DNA of 53,341 nucleotides from Perkinsus olseni (Eukaryota): NCBI GenBank assembly GCA_013115125.1, contig JABANN010000031.1, positions 62,001 to 115,341 of the forward strand, read 5' to 3'. Shown piece by piece: positions 13,661 to 26,474 of this stretch (position 1 is its first letter; each line of letters starts with the position of its first letter). The notes under the pieces were generated by a model. It saw only the letters and a program-made list of their open reading frames with translations, ran no database searches and was not told where the DNA came from. The position numbers and the translations under genes were made by a program.

Positions 13661-16600
13661 AAAATAACTGTACTACTCTTATTCCTCACGGGAAGTGCAT
13701 TGTTGGCGATGGTTCAAGACTAACAACACGATTATGGACAATAGGGAAAGACTACGCTACTCGTCACTGGTAACTTCTGAGAGTCGACGGCTCACATAGG
13801 ATTTTGGTAATCCCTTCCGAAAACTCAACATCGTGAGGATGACAGGGGCACAGTTACTCCGAACATGCTGGTAATGTAACTGCCATAACTTTACCGTCGA
13901 AGAAATCACGTCTCGTTACAGCAGGGGCATCATATCTGGTCCACGAGAGAGAATCAGTGAAATGCCGGTGTGGAAAGCTAAGCCTCCTACGCTATCAAAA
14001 AGGGTCGTCCCGAAGACAACTCGGAAATCTTTTATATCCCCAATTCCCAAATGCTCAGCGGGATGCAGCGCGAGCGATAGCAACTGGCTGACCTTTGTCG
14101 ACCTGGAGAATAAGTTCGCTTCACCGACTTGTTTGGATCGGCGATGAGATTGAGAGCCTCACACCCCTCACCTCTTGTGCTGCAGTCCTGGAAGACGCTA
14201 TTGCGCTGGAGAGTCGACTTCCGAATGCAGTGGAACTCGCAGGGCTGGCTGATGCCGACGAAGGGTTCGGAAGCTGGACTCTTCTAACCTGCAGATAGCG
14301 AGCGACGCGCTCGTTTGCCCCATATATCAGCTCGCTCGCTGCCAAGTCACCAGTAGAAGGTTGAAGTAGATGGATAGGGTTCCCTACGTTGAGACTAAGA
14401 AGAGGCTCTAAAAACATGGTCTGATATTCGCCGCATTTCCTCAATACGTGCTTTCTACAGCTAAGCCCTCAAAAAAACGGATTAGAGATTCCTAGTCTAT
14501 CCTGAGTAATACCCATCGCGATGAGTTCTACACAAATTGGAGGGAGCGTTGGAAACAGTAACAAACTCGCAATCGCACGAAGGCCCGGCTCCTTCAACGA
14601 ATTTCCTAGACGATGAAAATTTAAATCCTGGGAAACGGCATTTCAAAACGGAAACCATTTTGAAAGGGACTTTCGCCCACCGATTACGTCTAGACGAAGC
14701 GTATATTCCAATCCGAACATTTCGATACACATCGGGCGCGAAAAGAAATGACGATAGCCAATAAAAAGGCTGTAAATGGCATAGCTTGGTCCCATTAGAC
14801 TACCAAACAGATGAAGAAGTTTATCGAGACCATGACGGTCTGACGCCCATCCATAATTACTCGCCTGGAGCGGCGTAGGGTGCCACCCCAGTACTACTTC
14901 CTAACGAGTCTACCTCGAACAGCTCTTCTTCGAGCTGTCTTCGTCTCCTCATCATGTACAAGCGCCTTTCTCGTAACGCCGTTAAACGAACGTGCACTTG
15001 GCGTATCGCCTCGCGCAGATTGTGCTCTTCTTCTAGTAATTCACTTATGCATCTATTCATCTTTCTCAGCTCGACTCTCAACTCTGCGCGGAGCCTTCCA
15101 GAGGGGAGAACCTGAGAAAACGCATCCTTGTTTCCTCCGACAGACGACAGGGAAATGGAGACGCGTCAGATTCTGGATTGTTCGTACCACGCCCATTCTC
15201 CAGGGAATTACTGCTTAGACGTTTTCAATTTATTTTTCATAGGGGAGGATTATTCCTCAACAGCAGCCACACCGAAGCCAAAAGACGTACAGGTGTTTTT
15301 GGGCTACTGAGCCGACAGACGAGCCCCCTTTCCGGTCAACTGTGCGGTATTCAAAGTCCGACTCTGTATTATTTCGTGCTGATCACGAATGTGAGTGGAT
15401 TCCATTGTGCCTTACTTCTTCATTGTAGTCCCATTCCAGACTTTGTCGAGCAGTCCTATCACATCCGAGAGGTTTCTTTCGTAGACGGAGCCATCGTAGG
15501 TTGAAACAAAACATATTGCTAGTCGGATGTAGGTATAGCTGAACATTGGAAACGCGACAATGTGTTTAGCGACTCTCCGAAAAGATCGACAGCGATGGCC
15601 TTGGCGATGTTGTTGGCGCTAGATCCAAGTCGAGAAACACAAAAGCCTGACTGAGACATACATTCAACAAGAGTGCCCACAATTCCCTGGTAAGACAATC
15701 TCCCGTCTCATCAGGACATGTACCCGGTAGGCGACAGGCATGGCTTCCATCGGACAAGGTGAGAAATGCCTGCTCGGTAAAAGGAAAAAAAGATGCTTGG
15801 TCGTATGGGTCGGCACTGCGGGACGTGACTGCGCACTGCAGAGATAACAATAAAGCACAGTCCAACGCCTTCGACGGTTTGCCGATTGGGATGCTGCCTG
15901 ACCGCTGCTGGGGCGAGAGCGTTATAAGCGAAACTCGAAAATCCACTGGATCTGATCCAGGTTCGTGATTTTGCGGAAGCCGTGAGATTCGAGAAGATCG
16001 CCGACGACATTGACGGCGATGTGGGTATGGGAGATTCTCCTGAAGAACACGAATGCCATAGGTTGGAAGTTGATGCCCGGAAGCGCGTGGACGTGGTTCA
16101 AGTGGACGAGCCAGAACGACAAGCCGAGAAGCCTCGCAAAGATTCCACTTTATTGAATATCACAGAGATGGGACTCAATATCTCAAATACGATTATCCTC
16201 AGCTTGAAAAAAAGGACTAATATAACGGAAAGAGTTCACAAACACCATCGCTCCAGCATCTACCATTCGCCAAATCTCCAAAGCTTATCATCCCAACCAG
16301 AATGATGTTGAACAACGGTCTCTTGAGCTGATCAGCTCATCTTGTGCTGATTGAATCAGACGCGCAGTCAGCTTTTCTCGGTGCTATACCTAGTCCACGG
16401 CGCTCGTGAGGAAAGGATGATCACAGGATTCACAGATGCATCAATAGGTACAATGTAGATACATATCAGGTCGGACTTGATATCAGACGAATCGCTATCC
16501 TAAACACGTGCAGGAAGCTCTTCGACTCGAACCTTTCGAAGGACACCCGAATCGAAGTCTTGACAGCACAATCACTGGCGACATGCTCGAAGAGGCAGTC

Positions 16601-16674
16601 CACACCTCGCCTGGACTGCTGTCAACAATATCACAGAGTCAACGGCCACTGAGCTAGAATGATATGTATTTATT

Positions 16675-16696
16675 AGGGAGGACCTCCCTGGGAGGT
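16675..16696. mobile_element. Putative hAT-type excision footprint, 8-mer agggaggt
   Basis: agggagg + acctccct + gggaggt, perfect. Confidence 0.75.
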
Positions 16697-16725
16697 GCAC
16701 GTCTGGTGGGTGCAATGAGATGCCT

Positions 16726-17250
16726 GGAAGTCAATTTCGCTGATAAGGACATCAATTTCGAGGGGTCAACTTGAGCTATACCGGAAATCTTCCTGCTGCG
16801 ATTCTCAGATTGATACAAGTGCGCGAAAGTGCATGACAGTATCTCACGGAATCCTGTACATGCAATTGAAAGCTTCTTCCCATGATGATCTCATCCATCC
16901 AGTATTCGTCTTAGCTGAGCAAAGATGATGATGATCAAGGATGAGAGCAAAGTTTGCTCTCATGGATCATCGAGAAGCCGTCGTTGGCCCCGAAATCCAA
17001 CAGGATTCCAGATTCCAGGTTTCCGGATTCCAGTGAGATACTGTCATGCACTGTCGCGCAGTTGTATCAATCTGAGACTCGCAGCGGGAGGATTTCCGGT
17101 ATGACTCAAGTTGGCCCCCCGAAATTGATGTCCTTATCAGCGAAATTGACTTCCTTTACCATGAAATTGTGTGCCTTATTCGTGGAATTGAATTCCTTAT
17201 TTGAGGTCTGCCGCTAGAATGACTTCTTTATCCGCCAATTGTATCCCCCC
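16726..17250. mobile_element. Foldback/MITE-like element with ~130-bp inverted repeats and 21-bp subrepeats
   Basis: 16726-~16855 is the reverse complement of ~17025-17154 (ggaagtcaatttcgctgataaggacatcaatttcg...). The right arm continues with aaattg...cctt units. No TSD found. Confidence 0.7.
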
Positions 17251-17257
17251 ATCTCGA

Positions 17258-17459
17258 CCCTATCCGCCAATTTGCTGATGTCTCAACAACAACAACTCGC
17301 TAATGTGATGATATCATCCTCGACCCCCATATAGGCTACGGCAACGGCAACCCTATCCGCCAATTTGCTGATGTCTCAACAACAACAACAACAACTCGCT
17401 AATGTGATGATATCATCCTCGACCCCCATATAGGCTACGGCAACGGCCCTATCCGCCAA
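17258..17459. repeat. Tandem repeat (93 bp + 96 bp + partial) with variable (CAA)n
   Basis: ccctatccgccaatttgctgatgtct(caa)n ctcgctaatg...gctacggcaacgg occurs twice, with (caa)4 versus (caa)6. Confidence 0.95.
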
Positions 17460-18665
17460 ATAGGCTTCTGAATGGTATAGAGCAAGAATCTTTCATATTT
17501 CGGGACCTTCGATATTCAACTACGTCCAATGCGTTCGGCAGCAACCATTTCATCTTCGCTATCCTGAGCAGGAGACTTACTTCACCGAGAAGCCGGTCCG
17601 AACTGGCGAGAAAATCCAGAGTTTCAGGCTCCTGACTACTTCTGGTGAAGTCGGGAGAGCTGTTGTTGCTGTTGTTGTTGAGAATTCCTGCAAGCCAAAA
17701 ATATGGCTTTATGCAGAAGAGGCGCCTCATCAAGGCAAAGAAACCTCTGCACAAAAGGAACTCCAAGTAAAACCCCTGTTCAACCTATAGTATATTTATC
17801 TCCTCTTTCTGGATCTTTTCCCTTCTAAGTCTCTCGGCTAACTTCTTAAGGAAGATACCGAAAGCTAGAAATCTCTGTTCGGTGACCGATCCGCCAGCCA
17901 CCGTGACAGAGTCTATATCACGTCCACTTTGGAGCCACGACGGACGCAGATCATTATAATGGGGACACTGGGTGATGACATGGATGTTATCTTCTGGGGC
18001 TCCTGGGCAATGTGGACACTTGTCAGATACCGATTTCCCAATTTTATACCTGAAGTGATTCAGAAGCATAGACTGACCTGAAACAAGGTTAGCTAAAAGC
18101 CCTGTCTTTTCCTTCTTCATGCCTTCAGAAACAATTCCCCTTTGTCTAGGGGTGCCCAAAAGTGTACGGGCTATCGGCTTACCGACCTCGGAAGCTACTC
18201 TTTTCCGTAGGTTTTGACCATATGTCGATAACACCCTTTTAGTGTAGCTTTTCGGTATAGGCATATCATAGATCTTAAAACTTCCTTGTAGGGGTTGATT
18301 CGGGTCCATGAAAAAATCATAACTCACAGATAGACCACTTGATATGAGCCTTGCCATATTAGCCAGACGATCCACTCGATCATTTCCTTCACTTCCGACA
18401 TGGGAGGGACACCATCTTATGCGCACTCGGTCTATACCAATCATAGCTATAAGGTTATGAATATGAAATACCATACCACTCGCACAAGGAGAGAGTAGAG
18501 CTTTAATACAGGCTTGAGATTCGATAAACATAGTGACCAGATTCATTCCAGGATGGCCCCGTTGATGTTGATAATGTATCTTTAGACCAGCATATATCGC
18601 ATATAATTCAGCATCAAAGGGGGAGCTGTGGTCGCGCTGGAAAGGTCTTCTCCATATGCAGCAGA
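17258..18665 (-). mobile_element. 5'-truncated non-LTR retrotransposon (RNase H plus C-terminal CCHC finger)
   Basis: ORF ending at 17785 reads SPFDAELYAIYAGL..FIESQACIKAL..IRWCPSHVGSEGNDRVDRLA (RNase H1 motifs) and CPHCPGAPEDNIHVITQC. Intronless. No RT domain in the remaining piece. Confidence 0.85.
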
Positions 18666-20819
18666 GCTCCCTGGACTGGAGGATCCCGACAGAGAGCTTG
18701 ACAACTGGAGCCGTCCTGGGACCTACAGAGGATCAGATATTCGCTCGGTACTGTTCAGTAGCCGGGAAGCCTGACAGTGGCAGGCTGACACTTTGACGAT
18801 GAGCAGTAGTTTGTAGTCGCCGATCACGGAACCTTCTCTCGAGATTGGGAAAAATGAATTACCAATTCGGTACTTCAGAATACCACTTGGTCAATATCTC
18901 GCCCAACGAACATCGCCTACCTGGGTGGGCCCGCCTCGGGCCACCGACGCACGGATGCGCCATTCTCGTATTGCGCTCATCGGAATTCTTTCTCGTAGCC
19001 GCCTCCTATCGAAAACCATATCCGCAATGTCTCGTAGCAATTCCTTTATGCTATTAACCTCGTCTTCCAGTTCTGTGAGCTTCTGGAGCGTCTGACAAAA
19101 GACCTTCACAAACTTCACTGTACTGCAACACAAGGACGCATTCGCATCTGCAGTACTCTTCCCTATCGCAGTCACACGGGGCCCCACTCTCAAAGGGAGT
19201 GACTCTCAATTTTCAATTCATCTGCCCTGCGTGAGGCCGGCTATCCCAGAGCTACAAAACGTTGAAAACTCCACGAAGCTATTGAATGGAAGGTGTACTG
19301 CCGGTGCAGTTAGTTCGCGCTCGATAGTTCGGCCGTTTGACAATACCTCCGTCAGAGGACAATAATATGCACCTACTTCTTCGTCCCAATCGATATCGAG
19401 CCTCTCCTGATCTGCTCTGTGATTGTCACACTTAAGACGTTTCTTTTTTTCGCCGACTGAAGCATCTCAAGTAGAAACAAACCATAATGCTACGAGAAAT
19501 CCTTGGTTCGAGACTTAGCTGGACTTGCATCCTTCTCAGGGATGTGTCCAAATGGACTCCTGTTTCGGGTTCCCTTATGTATCTACGGCGATTATAACAC
19601 TCAGCCTGCCCACTCACGGGCCCGCGGGGGCACCCGGACCACAATTTACAAACACAGCTCAATGATATATGCAGGTCACTCTGAAAACAGTAGCGGAGCG
19701 ATGCAGTGACTTGCAGTCAGACTGCTGCTTGAGGCGAAGATGCCTCGATAAGATTTCGCTGATACAAATGCCACCCGTATTGGTGGCTCAGCATTTAACA
19801 GGCGCTCTCATTGAGCTCCGCTCAGCCGATGATGACGTTACAGCCTACCGCGTACTCCTTGGTAAGGCGGGAGGAAAGACGACCCCGTGCATCCCACAAG
19901 TGGACACAAAAGAGGCAATAGAGTCAACAGCACGTCATGAATCGGCAGATTATTGGGACCAGACAGCGGCTGCAGCTCGTTTGGAACTGGTAACCTCCGG
20001 CCTTCTTATCGCCAAGAGGAAGCAGTATCGACAGACAGGCCGCGATGAGCCATCCAGCTTCCACGACTCAATGGAGCTGGTTCAAAGGAACGATTGTAGT
20101 AACGACAGGCAGGTTAGCCCGATTACAGAGATAGAGCTCACAGAGAGTCATTAGGAAAAAGCTACTCAGTGGTGTCAGTTTCGATACAGTAAATACACAC
20201 AAGGGCGGCGTATCCCGCCCTGCAGCAGCAGTAGCTTTGAGAATATCAAGCAATGACATAGGGCAGAACAAGTGCTACTGACGAGCACACTAAGAAATGA
20301 TCGAGTTTATAAATACAGCGAGGAACCCTATGGGTCTACCACAAACGTGATAGCGATACGAAGCCAATGCTAACTCTTACCTACCAGGGTCGCCGTGTGG
20401 ATTGAGTAAACGAATGGGGCTAACCGTTTCTCAATGCACATCCCTGGAATATTATACCGACGACTAGTAAGGACAGAGAGCCTTCGCGCTACACCACCAG
20501 GGGACGACTGATGTAGGGACAGTGAACGCTGTATTCGAAAAGGATTTCGGCGGGGGATAATATGCCGTCACTCTAGTCGAGTGGATACTGTAATGGGAAG
20601 TCAATCAAAATAGAAACACATTCTCAGCCTACAGGTCAACTGCCAGCTGGACTTGTCTCTATTTTCGATAAGCATAGACTTTATAGTCTCAAGCAAGCAT
20701 ATCACAACTGCCCCTCACAGGAACAGTGCAACATAGTAAACGATAAGGGCACGAGCGTAATGTTCTTGTCACAGAGAGATAGTATTATATACCGGACTGC
20801 CGCGAAACGAACATTCATA

Positions 20820-22312
20820 TTACATCACGAGACTCTGCGGAACTGCCCAAGGATCCATATGGCTCGCGGGGAGACTGGGTTCCCAGAGTGAACAACTTGG
20901 ACTGTACTGATCCATCATAGAGGAGGGCACAGCGTAGTTAGTCTGCTTATCGAACGTCATAGACGGGCGGGCTGAAGCAACTTCCGGGGCGTCGCGATGA
21001 GAGGGGTTGCGAATGAACCTCAAAACGCTGATTGCCACACCGTTTATGACCTCAGTGCCACTCTCGGATACACCAGCAAGCACCTTCTCAACAGAAGTAG
21101 GCTGGTCAAGGACCAGGAAACCCATATTGGCAGGACGAAGGGGACCGGACTGACCAGGACGCTCGACACAGCCTTTAGAACGAGAATGGACGAGACGCAT
21201 GCGGATAACTCTGACACCGTACCTAGGAGGCGAAGCGATAGGGAAAAGGTTGAGCAGGCTGGCACTACTTTTTAGCGAAGTGCTGCTTGATAATATGAGA
21301 CGCTTTATAACCCAGCTTCTGTATCTTGCGAAGAGTGATAACGCACCCAGGCTGCTCATTGTAGACCTCAGCAACGACATCCTTCAGGGAAGGCACACGG
21401 TTGGAACCAGTAGCAGTCTTGTTCTGACTGCCACGGCATTTGGCGTCTGCCTCGGAGCCCTGAGAAACATTGCATCAACGCGCCTTCGAGGAGAGTCACC
21501 CGACTTACATTTGAGCTTCTAGAAGATTGCTTCCTGGCCACGCGAGGTTGCTGCTGATGATGATCATAACGAGCCATGGTGGGGGTCAACACAGGAGAGT
21601 CCAACTGGTTATCTCCAGCGACAGGCGATGGTGTTGGGGGGATGTACACGGGTACGTATGCGACACGGCCGCCATCAGCCAGTGTGTGAGTAGGGAAAGC
21701 TCTGCGGTCCGTAGAAGGCAGAGGTGTTTGGACGTCCTGGTACTCAGCTGAGAAAACAACAATCTATCACCGATATGGACGTGTAAACTTACCAGAGAGG
21801 GGTGAAACATCGAAACCGAGATCAGACGGCGACTGGGTCCTTATGAGCTCCAGTAATGCTGGCAGGGAGTATGCCAGATCATCCTAAAATAAAGCAGTGC
21901 ATTCTACAACAGCACCGACGACTATCCCCGCTCTCACCGAAATGCCGTCTGTCTGAGAGGCTTCGATTGTAGTGTCCTCAACCTGGCCGTTGTGGGCGGC
22001 GGCCATATCAGCCGAAGAGCTAGCAGCCAGGAGCTGTTGCACCAATAAGGCACTGTCCAGGGAGCTAACTTCACTAGCAACAGTGGAAGGGCTCAGAGGC
22101 GAATCACACGGCTGAGCATCCATCCAACTGAAGTCGCCACTAGTTCCTGCAAGGCCACAGGAGGACTCTGAGAAGCCAACAACAACACGTCTAAAATGAT
22201 AAAGCCTGGCAACAAGGTTACCAGGAAGAGTGATAGGGGCATCAGCCAACCAGTCCGAGTCACAAGCCAGGGGGTTGATGCCTGCTGCTGAGTAGTCCAA
22301 AGTGGGAGACAT
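20820..22312 (-). CDS. Multi-exon protein with a divergent alveolate-type RRM-like domain (paralog 1)
   Basis: Spliced DVVAEVYNEQPGCVITLRKIQKLGYKASHIIKQHFAK / YGVRVIRMRLVHSRSK..LRPANMGFLVLDQPTSVEKVL..EVINGVAISVLRF. Start is approximate. Confidence 0.6.
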
Positions 22313-23556
22313 GGGACGTTTATAATATACCACTGGGAGACCGAATCAAGCACAGCACCCCCCCCCCAAACTCGACGCTATACGGGCATCTGAGCTCCCC
22401 AGAGCGCTAACTGTATACCGTGAATGTACACAACAGAGTGGAGCCTCAGTAGCAGCAGTGACTCGCGGGCACCAGCAGCAGTAGTGATACTGAGTGCATG
22501 CCACTGCCACGATGATAACAGAAAGCACGAGAGGCTACCAACCGGTGATAAGACCACTGAATGGAATACAGTCACTCATCACTCGGTAGGTAGTGCTCCT
22601 GAAGCTACTACGACCGGCGACCAACAAGCTAGCGGTAGTTGTTGTTGTTAACATATTGGCGCTCAGTAGAAGTAGCAGCAGTGATAATAGTAGTTTATAG
22701 GTGGGCAAAACTCCCTAACTGTAGAACCTAACCCCAACACAGGGGGAAGACAAAGAGAACGACAAGACTAGCACCAGGATAATGACTTATACGTGACCAA
22801 CGATACGAGCAACGACAACACTTAGTCGTCGAACCTTCCCAAAGGTATCATCTACTCGACCATCCTAGTATCTCGTCAGACAGCAGGGAGGAGAGACCGC
22901 AAATAGCACACCAAACCCGAAAACAAGGTCTGAAGGGAGAGCCAATGCCGTTGCCGTTGTAGTAGTACTAGCAGCCTCTTCGGTGTTGACTAAAAGAGGG
23001 CGATTACTTATGACGGAGGCCAATGCTACAAGTCTAACCTTCGACCGAGCTATGGACGACTAGAGAGAAACTCGTTAGGGATTATCATGGACACCGACCG
23101 CACACTATCGTGCTGGTTTTAACTTGGTTTAATGACAACAATTCAGTATTAACACAGCGATGTCTAACCTGGCTACTACTACCAGGGCTAGTAGTAGTAA
23201 GAGCAGAGCAACAACAATCACTATAAGAAAATGGCAATGACAAGGGATGACGGTGATACACTCAATCACAACCGTCGAGTTACGAAAACCCTGCTGCAAT
23301 GGCAATGGTGACACCAGCGAGACAGTGTCACCACTGATACTACTGCTCGGCAAGAGAGCACAAGAGTAGATTTCTGCAAGCTATACGAACGCACTAACTG
23401 TACAGTTACACAGTCTAAACGGCCCACTGAAACGCCGTACCATAAAAGCAGCAACTAAACTGCTGAGATCACATACAGGCACTTGCAGAAGGACTCTGTA
23501 CCGTTACCAGCAGCAAAATGCGCATAGGGATAGGTTCAATAATCACTGATGAGAAT

Positions 23557-24700
23557 TTAGAAGTTGAAGCCATCAACCGAGGGATGGATATCAGACAGAA
23601 CATCAGGATGCAGCTGTAGCCAGTCCATGACGGCCGTGGCCAGAGTAGGGTCAACAGCAGCGGCTTGGACCATAGGGCACTGCTGAGCAGCCTCTCTGAG
23701 CATCGAGTCCTCCATGAGCTCACTGAAGGTCGCCGGCGGGGTCTCGAAGGAGACACTGCTGCTACCAGTGTACGAGTAGGGGACATGGTCCACTGGTGTA
23801 GTAGTGGCAGGGGAAGCAGACCTCACGGGTGTCGGGGACGACTCGCGCTTGTCTCGTTTGAAGAAGCGCTGCAGCGACACTTCTAGGCCTGAAGATGAAG
23901 CTTGTTAATGACCTCCATTGCAACGAATACTTTACCTCCGATGTTCTCAGTCCGTGCAGAAGCGTAACCCATGATAGCATCAACAGCCGCCTTGTCAGAG
24001 AATACCGCATAAGCGATGTTTGGTGACCGGAGGGCGCCGACGGTGTGATGCGACTTCGAATGGCGTCGTGAATGGACCACTTCCACCCGACTGGGTGAAA
24101 TGCCGTACCTATGGCCACACGCTAACCGCGGCTGGATAAGACTTGAGCTTCCTCCCTACGCCTCCAGAAAATGCTGAGTAATGATGTGCTCAGCCTCGAA
24201 CCCAAGTCGTTGTATTTTCTTCAGTGTTATAACAGTGCCATCGGCCTCGCGGTAGATGCCAGTCACAACCTCCTTTATGGTGCGCACTCGGTTCATCTGA
24301 GACGTCCCGCATTCACCAGCTGTCGAGGGCAAGTGATCGTACCTGCTGCTTCGCCTGCGAGCTCTGTGACGTCACGCTGTCTCTCGACGACTCGGCTCCC
24401 GAGTTGTAAGCCTGGGACACAGGAAGTACGCAACGGAAGGAGGTGGTCATCATAAGAGCTACCAAGGGTGTCTTGTCCAATGCTCGGCTCTCCCTGCTGA
24501 TTGCCATAGTGGGGCCGCGGGCTTCGCGTAGGGCCATGATGGGAGGTGGTTCTACAAGTACTACACAACAGACTGCAGTGTATGTACTTCACAGGGGCAC
24601 ATGATAGCCTCACAGACCTGCAGCGCCCCTGGGGGAAGCCCTTCGACAGACCATCCGATAATGACTTAGTACGAAGCCCCCAAGGAACTGAGCACATCGG
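23557..24700 (-). CDS. Multi-exon protein with a divergent RRM-like domain (paralog 2)
   Basis: VTGIYREADGTVITLKKIQRLGFEAEHIITQHFLE / EVVHSRRHSK..LRSPNIAYAVFSDKAAVDAIM..ENIGG / LEVSLQRFFK aligns with paralog 1. 5' end is uncertain. Confidence 0.55.
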
Positions 24701-24873
24701 TGGAGGTCTAGTAAAGCGCGCCCCAGCGTTGGACTATGAACGCGCACACTCCGCCTGTTCACAGTGCTCACCAGGCCCTCAGAAGAAGGCGCGCCGGTGC
24801 GTTGTAAAGCTGAAAACAACCTTTGCGTGTCAACGTCAGCTCCATCACGTTAAGAAACTGCGAGATACTCAAG

Positions 24874-26240
24874 ATGAGCAAGACTACGTACAGGGAAACA
24901 TGCGGGCAGCAGGGATCGATCCCGGGACCTCAAGTCTGGGAGTACCGGCAGCGATTGAAGTCGTGTCGCGCTCCCCGCTCCAAGCGAGCATCCATCCGTG
25001 GCCCGGAAGATCCTCCCGTGCTGTCCCTTCTCCAGCATCAGCCGATTGTGCGATATCTTCGTCGAACCACATTGCGTGTGGAGCGACGGGTTGACGACTT
25101 CGCCGCTAACTCCCACCGGACTTAAGAGAAAGTCTCATCTGCTGTTCACCCGTAGTTTTACACTGAATGTCCACTGAGGGCCCACCTAGACATCCCCAAC
25201 CCCCTGGTCACCGGCCAGCCAGTGTCTCAGGGCTCAGTGTGGCTTCGTCCAGAGCAACGGTGGTAGCAAGCCATCCCCACTTGGTCACGCCGACGATGAT
25301 TCGGTCGAAAAATGGTACGCAGGAAGCCGAGGCCCTGCTGGCCTACACGAAAGGCCTTGCCATGGACTCCTCTGCGAACCGAGCGCTGCGGCTGCTGGCG
25401 TGTAAGAAGCTGGCCGTGGAGGTGGATGAGGATCTTGCACCCCTGTTGGAGGAAGCTTATTGCACTGATATTGATGACGATGACGATGTCGAGTCATACA
25501 GCGATAGTAGCAGTAGTGGAGGAGAGGAGGCAGAAAGTGCTGATGCCGTGGAAGTGCCGGCGACCGACGAGGACATTTCTAAGGAGCCCTCGAAGCCGGA
25601 GGCCAACGATAGGGAGCGGCTTTTTGAAGGGTTGAGGAAGAGGGAGCGGCCAGCTGATGATACTGAGGCTGCTGGAGGCCATGGTGCGCTACTTGATGAG
25701 ATGCTCGAACTTACTGGGCATGTCAGAGAGAGCGCGAACAGGTAGGAACGGGTTGGATGCATCAGAACCGTCGGAGTTGTCGTTCTCTTCATGCTGGTAA
25801 TGATCGCTTAAATGCCAGTGACGGATTTTCCGAAATCTTTTCCGCATCCTGGCATGCTAGCAACGTCATAGTCCAGCTCATGTATCCACTCATGTTTATG
25901 TAAACTGCCCCACTTTCTTCCCCGTCGTTCATTCGCTTCCATCGTGTATGTTTGCAGGCAACGAGAGACTTTGGCGAAGGATAACGCCAACTTGGAATTG
26001 ACCAAGAAACTGCAGGACCAGCACCTTGAGAACGTGACGAAGGAGAATCAACGAGGGACTCAGTTGCTCAAGTAGGATCGCCACCACTGCGATGGAAGTC
26101 TCATCATCTGTTGTTTGTTCCGTTTTAGAGCTCGCCGGCTGGGATTCTTCACAACGATCATCTTAGTGCTCATTAGTATCATTATGTACTGCTTCATGGT
26201 CCCCTTCATATTTTACACTAAAGCCTTGCCGGGCAACTAG
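24874..26240 (+). CDS. USE1: Use1-like Qc-SNARE, tail-anchored
   Basis: ALLDEMLELTGHVRESANR / QRETLAKDNANLELTKKLQDQHLENVTKENQR coiled coil plus C-terminal TM LGFFTTIILVLISIIMYCFMVPFIFY. Stop at 26238-26240. 5' exons are uncertain. Confidence 0.65.
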
Positions 26241-26452
26241 CCTGTCCGTGTATTAGTGTCAATCGATTTATCTGTACATTTTCTCATCAGAATCTGTTGC
26301 GTTCAAGAGTATTGGCAACCAGAGAGAGGCGGGCTCATAGGCGGAGGTCATTACCACACAATCACCTGTCCCTAATCCTGCAAGCAGCATCTCTACTAGC
26401 AGTAGCACAGGCTAGCTACTAGCGTGATACTGATGAGGTGCAGACCTTAGTG

Positions 26453-26474
26453 GACGGGAATCCGGTCACGGGAT
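26453..26474. mobile_element. Putative hAT-type excision footprint, 8-mer gacgggat
   Basis: gacggga + atccggtc (rc(X) with one mismatch) + acgggat. Confidence 0.6.

Larger units (their letters stand above)
11800..19600 (-). pseudogene. Array of decayed paralogous minus-strand gene fragments, unknown family
   Basis: Homologous pieces: VTEYRVLSPSS..AAAEVRRLRL (~11810-11930) versus VRRVQLPNPSS..AAQEVRGVRL (~14150-14290), and SIMVCFNLNWLHRRKK (~12640-12690) versus SIMVCFYLRCFSRRKK (~19445-19495). Coiled-coil exons at ~12330, ~14950 and ~19060. Confidence 0.4.

Noticed and set aside
17258-17459. Possible CRISPR-like repeat array
   Set aside because: The units are near-identical throughout with no unique spacers, the context is eukaryotic, and there are no cas genes.
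17688-17710. Minus-strand agccatatttttggcttgcag loosely resembles a relict spliced leader
   Set aside because: It needs gaps and mismatches and lies in a LINE 3' region. It is better explained as a small hairpin.
24900-24945. Minus-strand gaggtcccgggatcgatccctg resembles a tRNA T-arm or B-box
   Set aside because: The T-stem pairs poorly, no D or anticodon arm can be built, and it probably lies in coding sequence.
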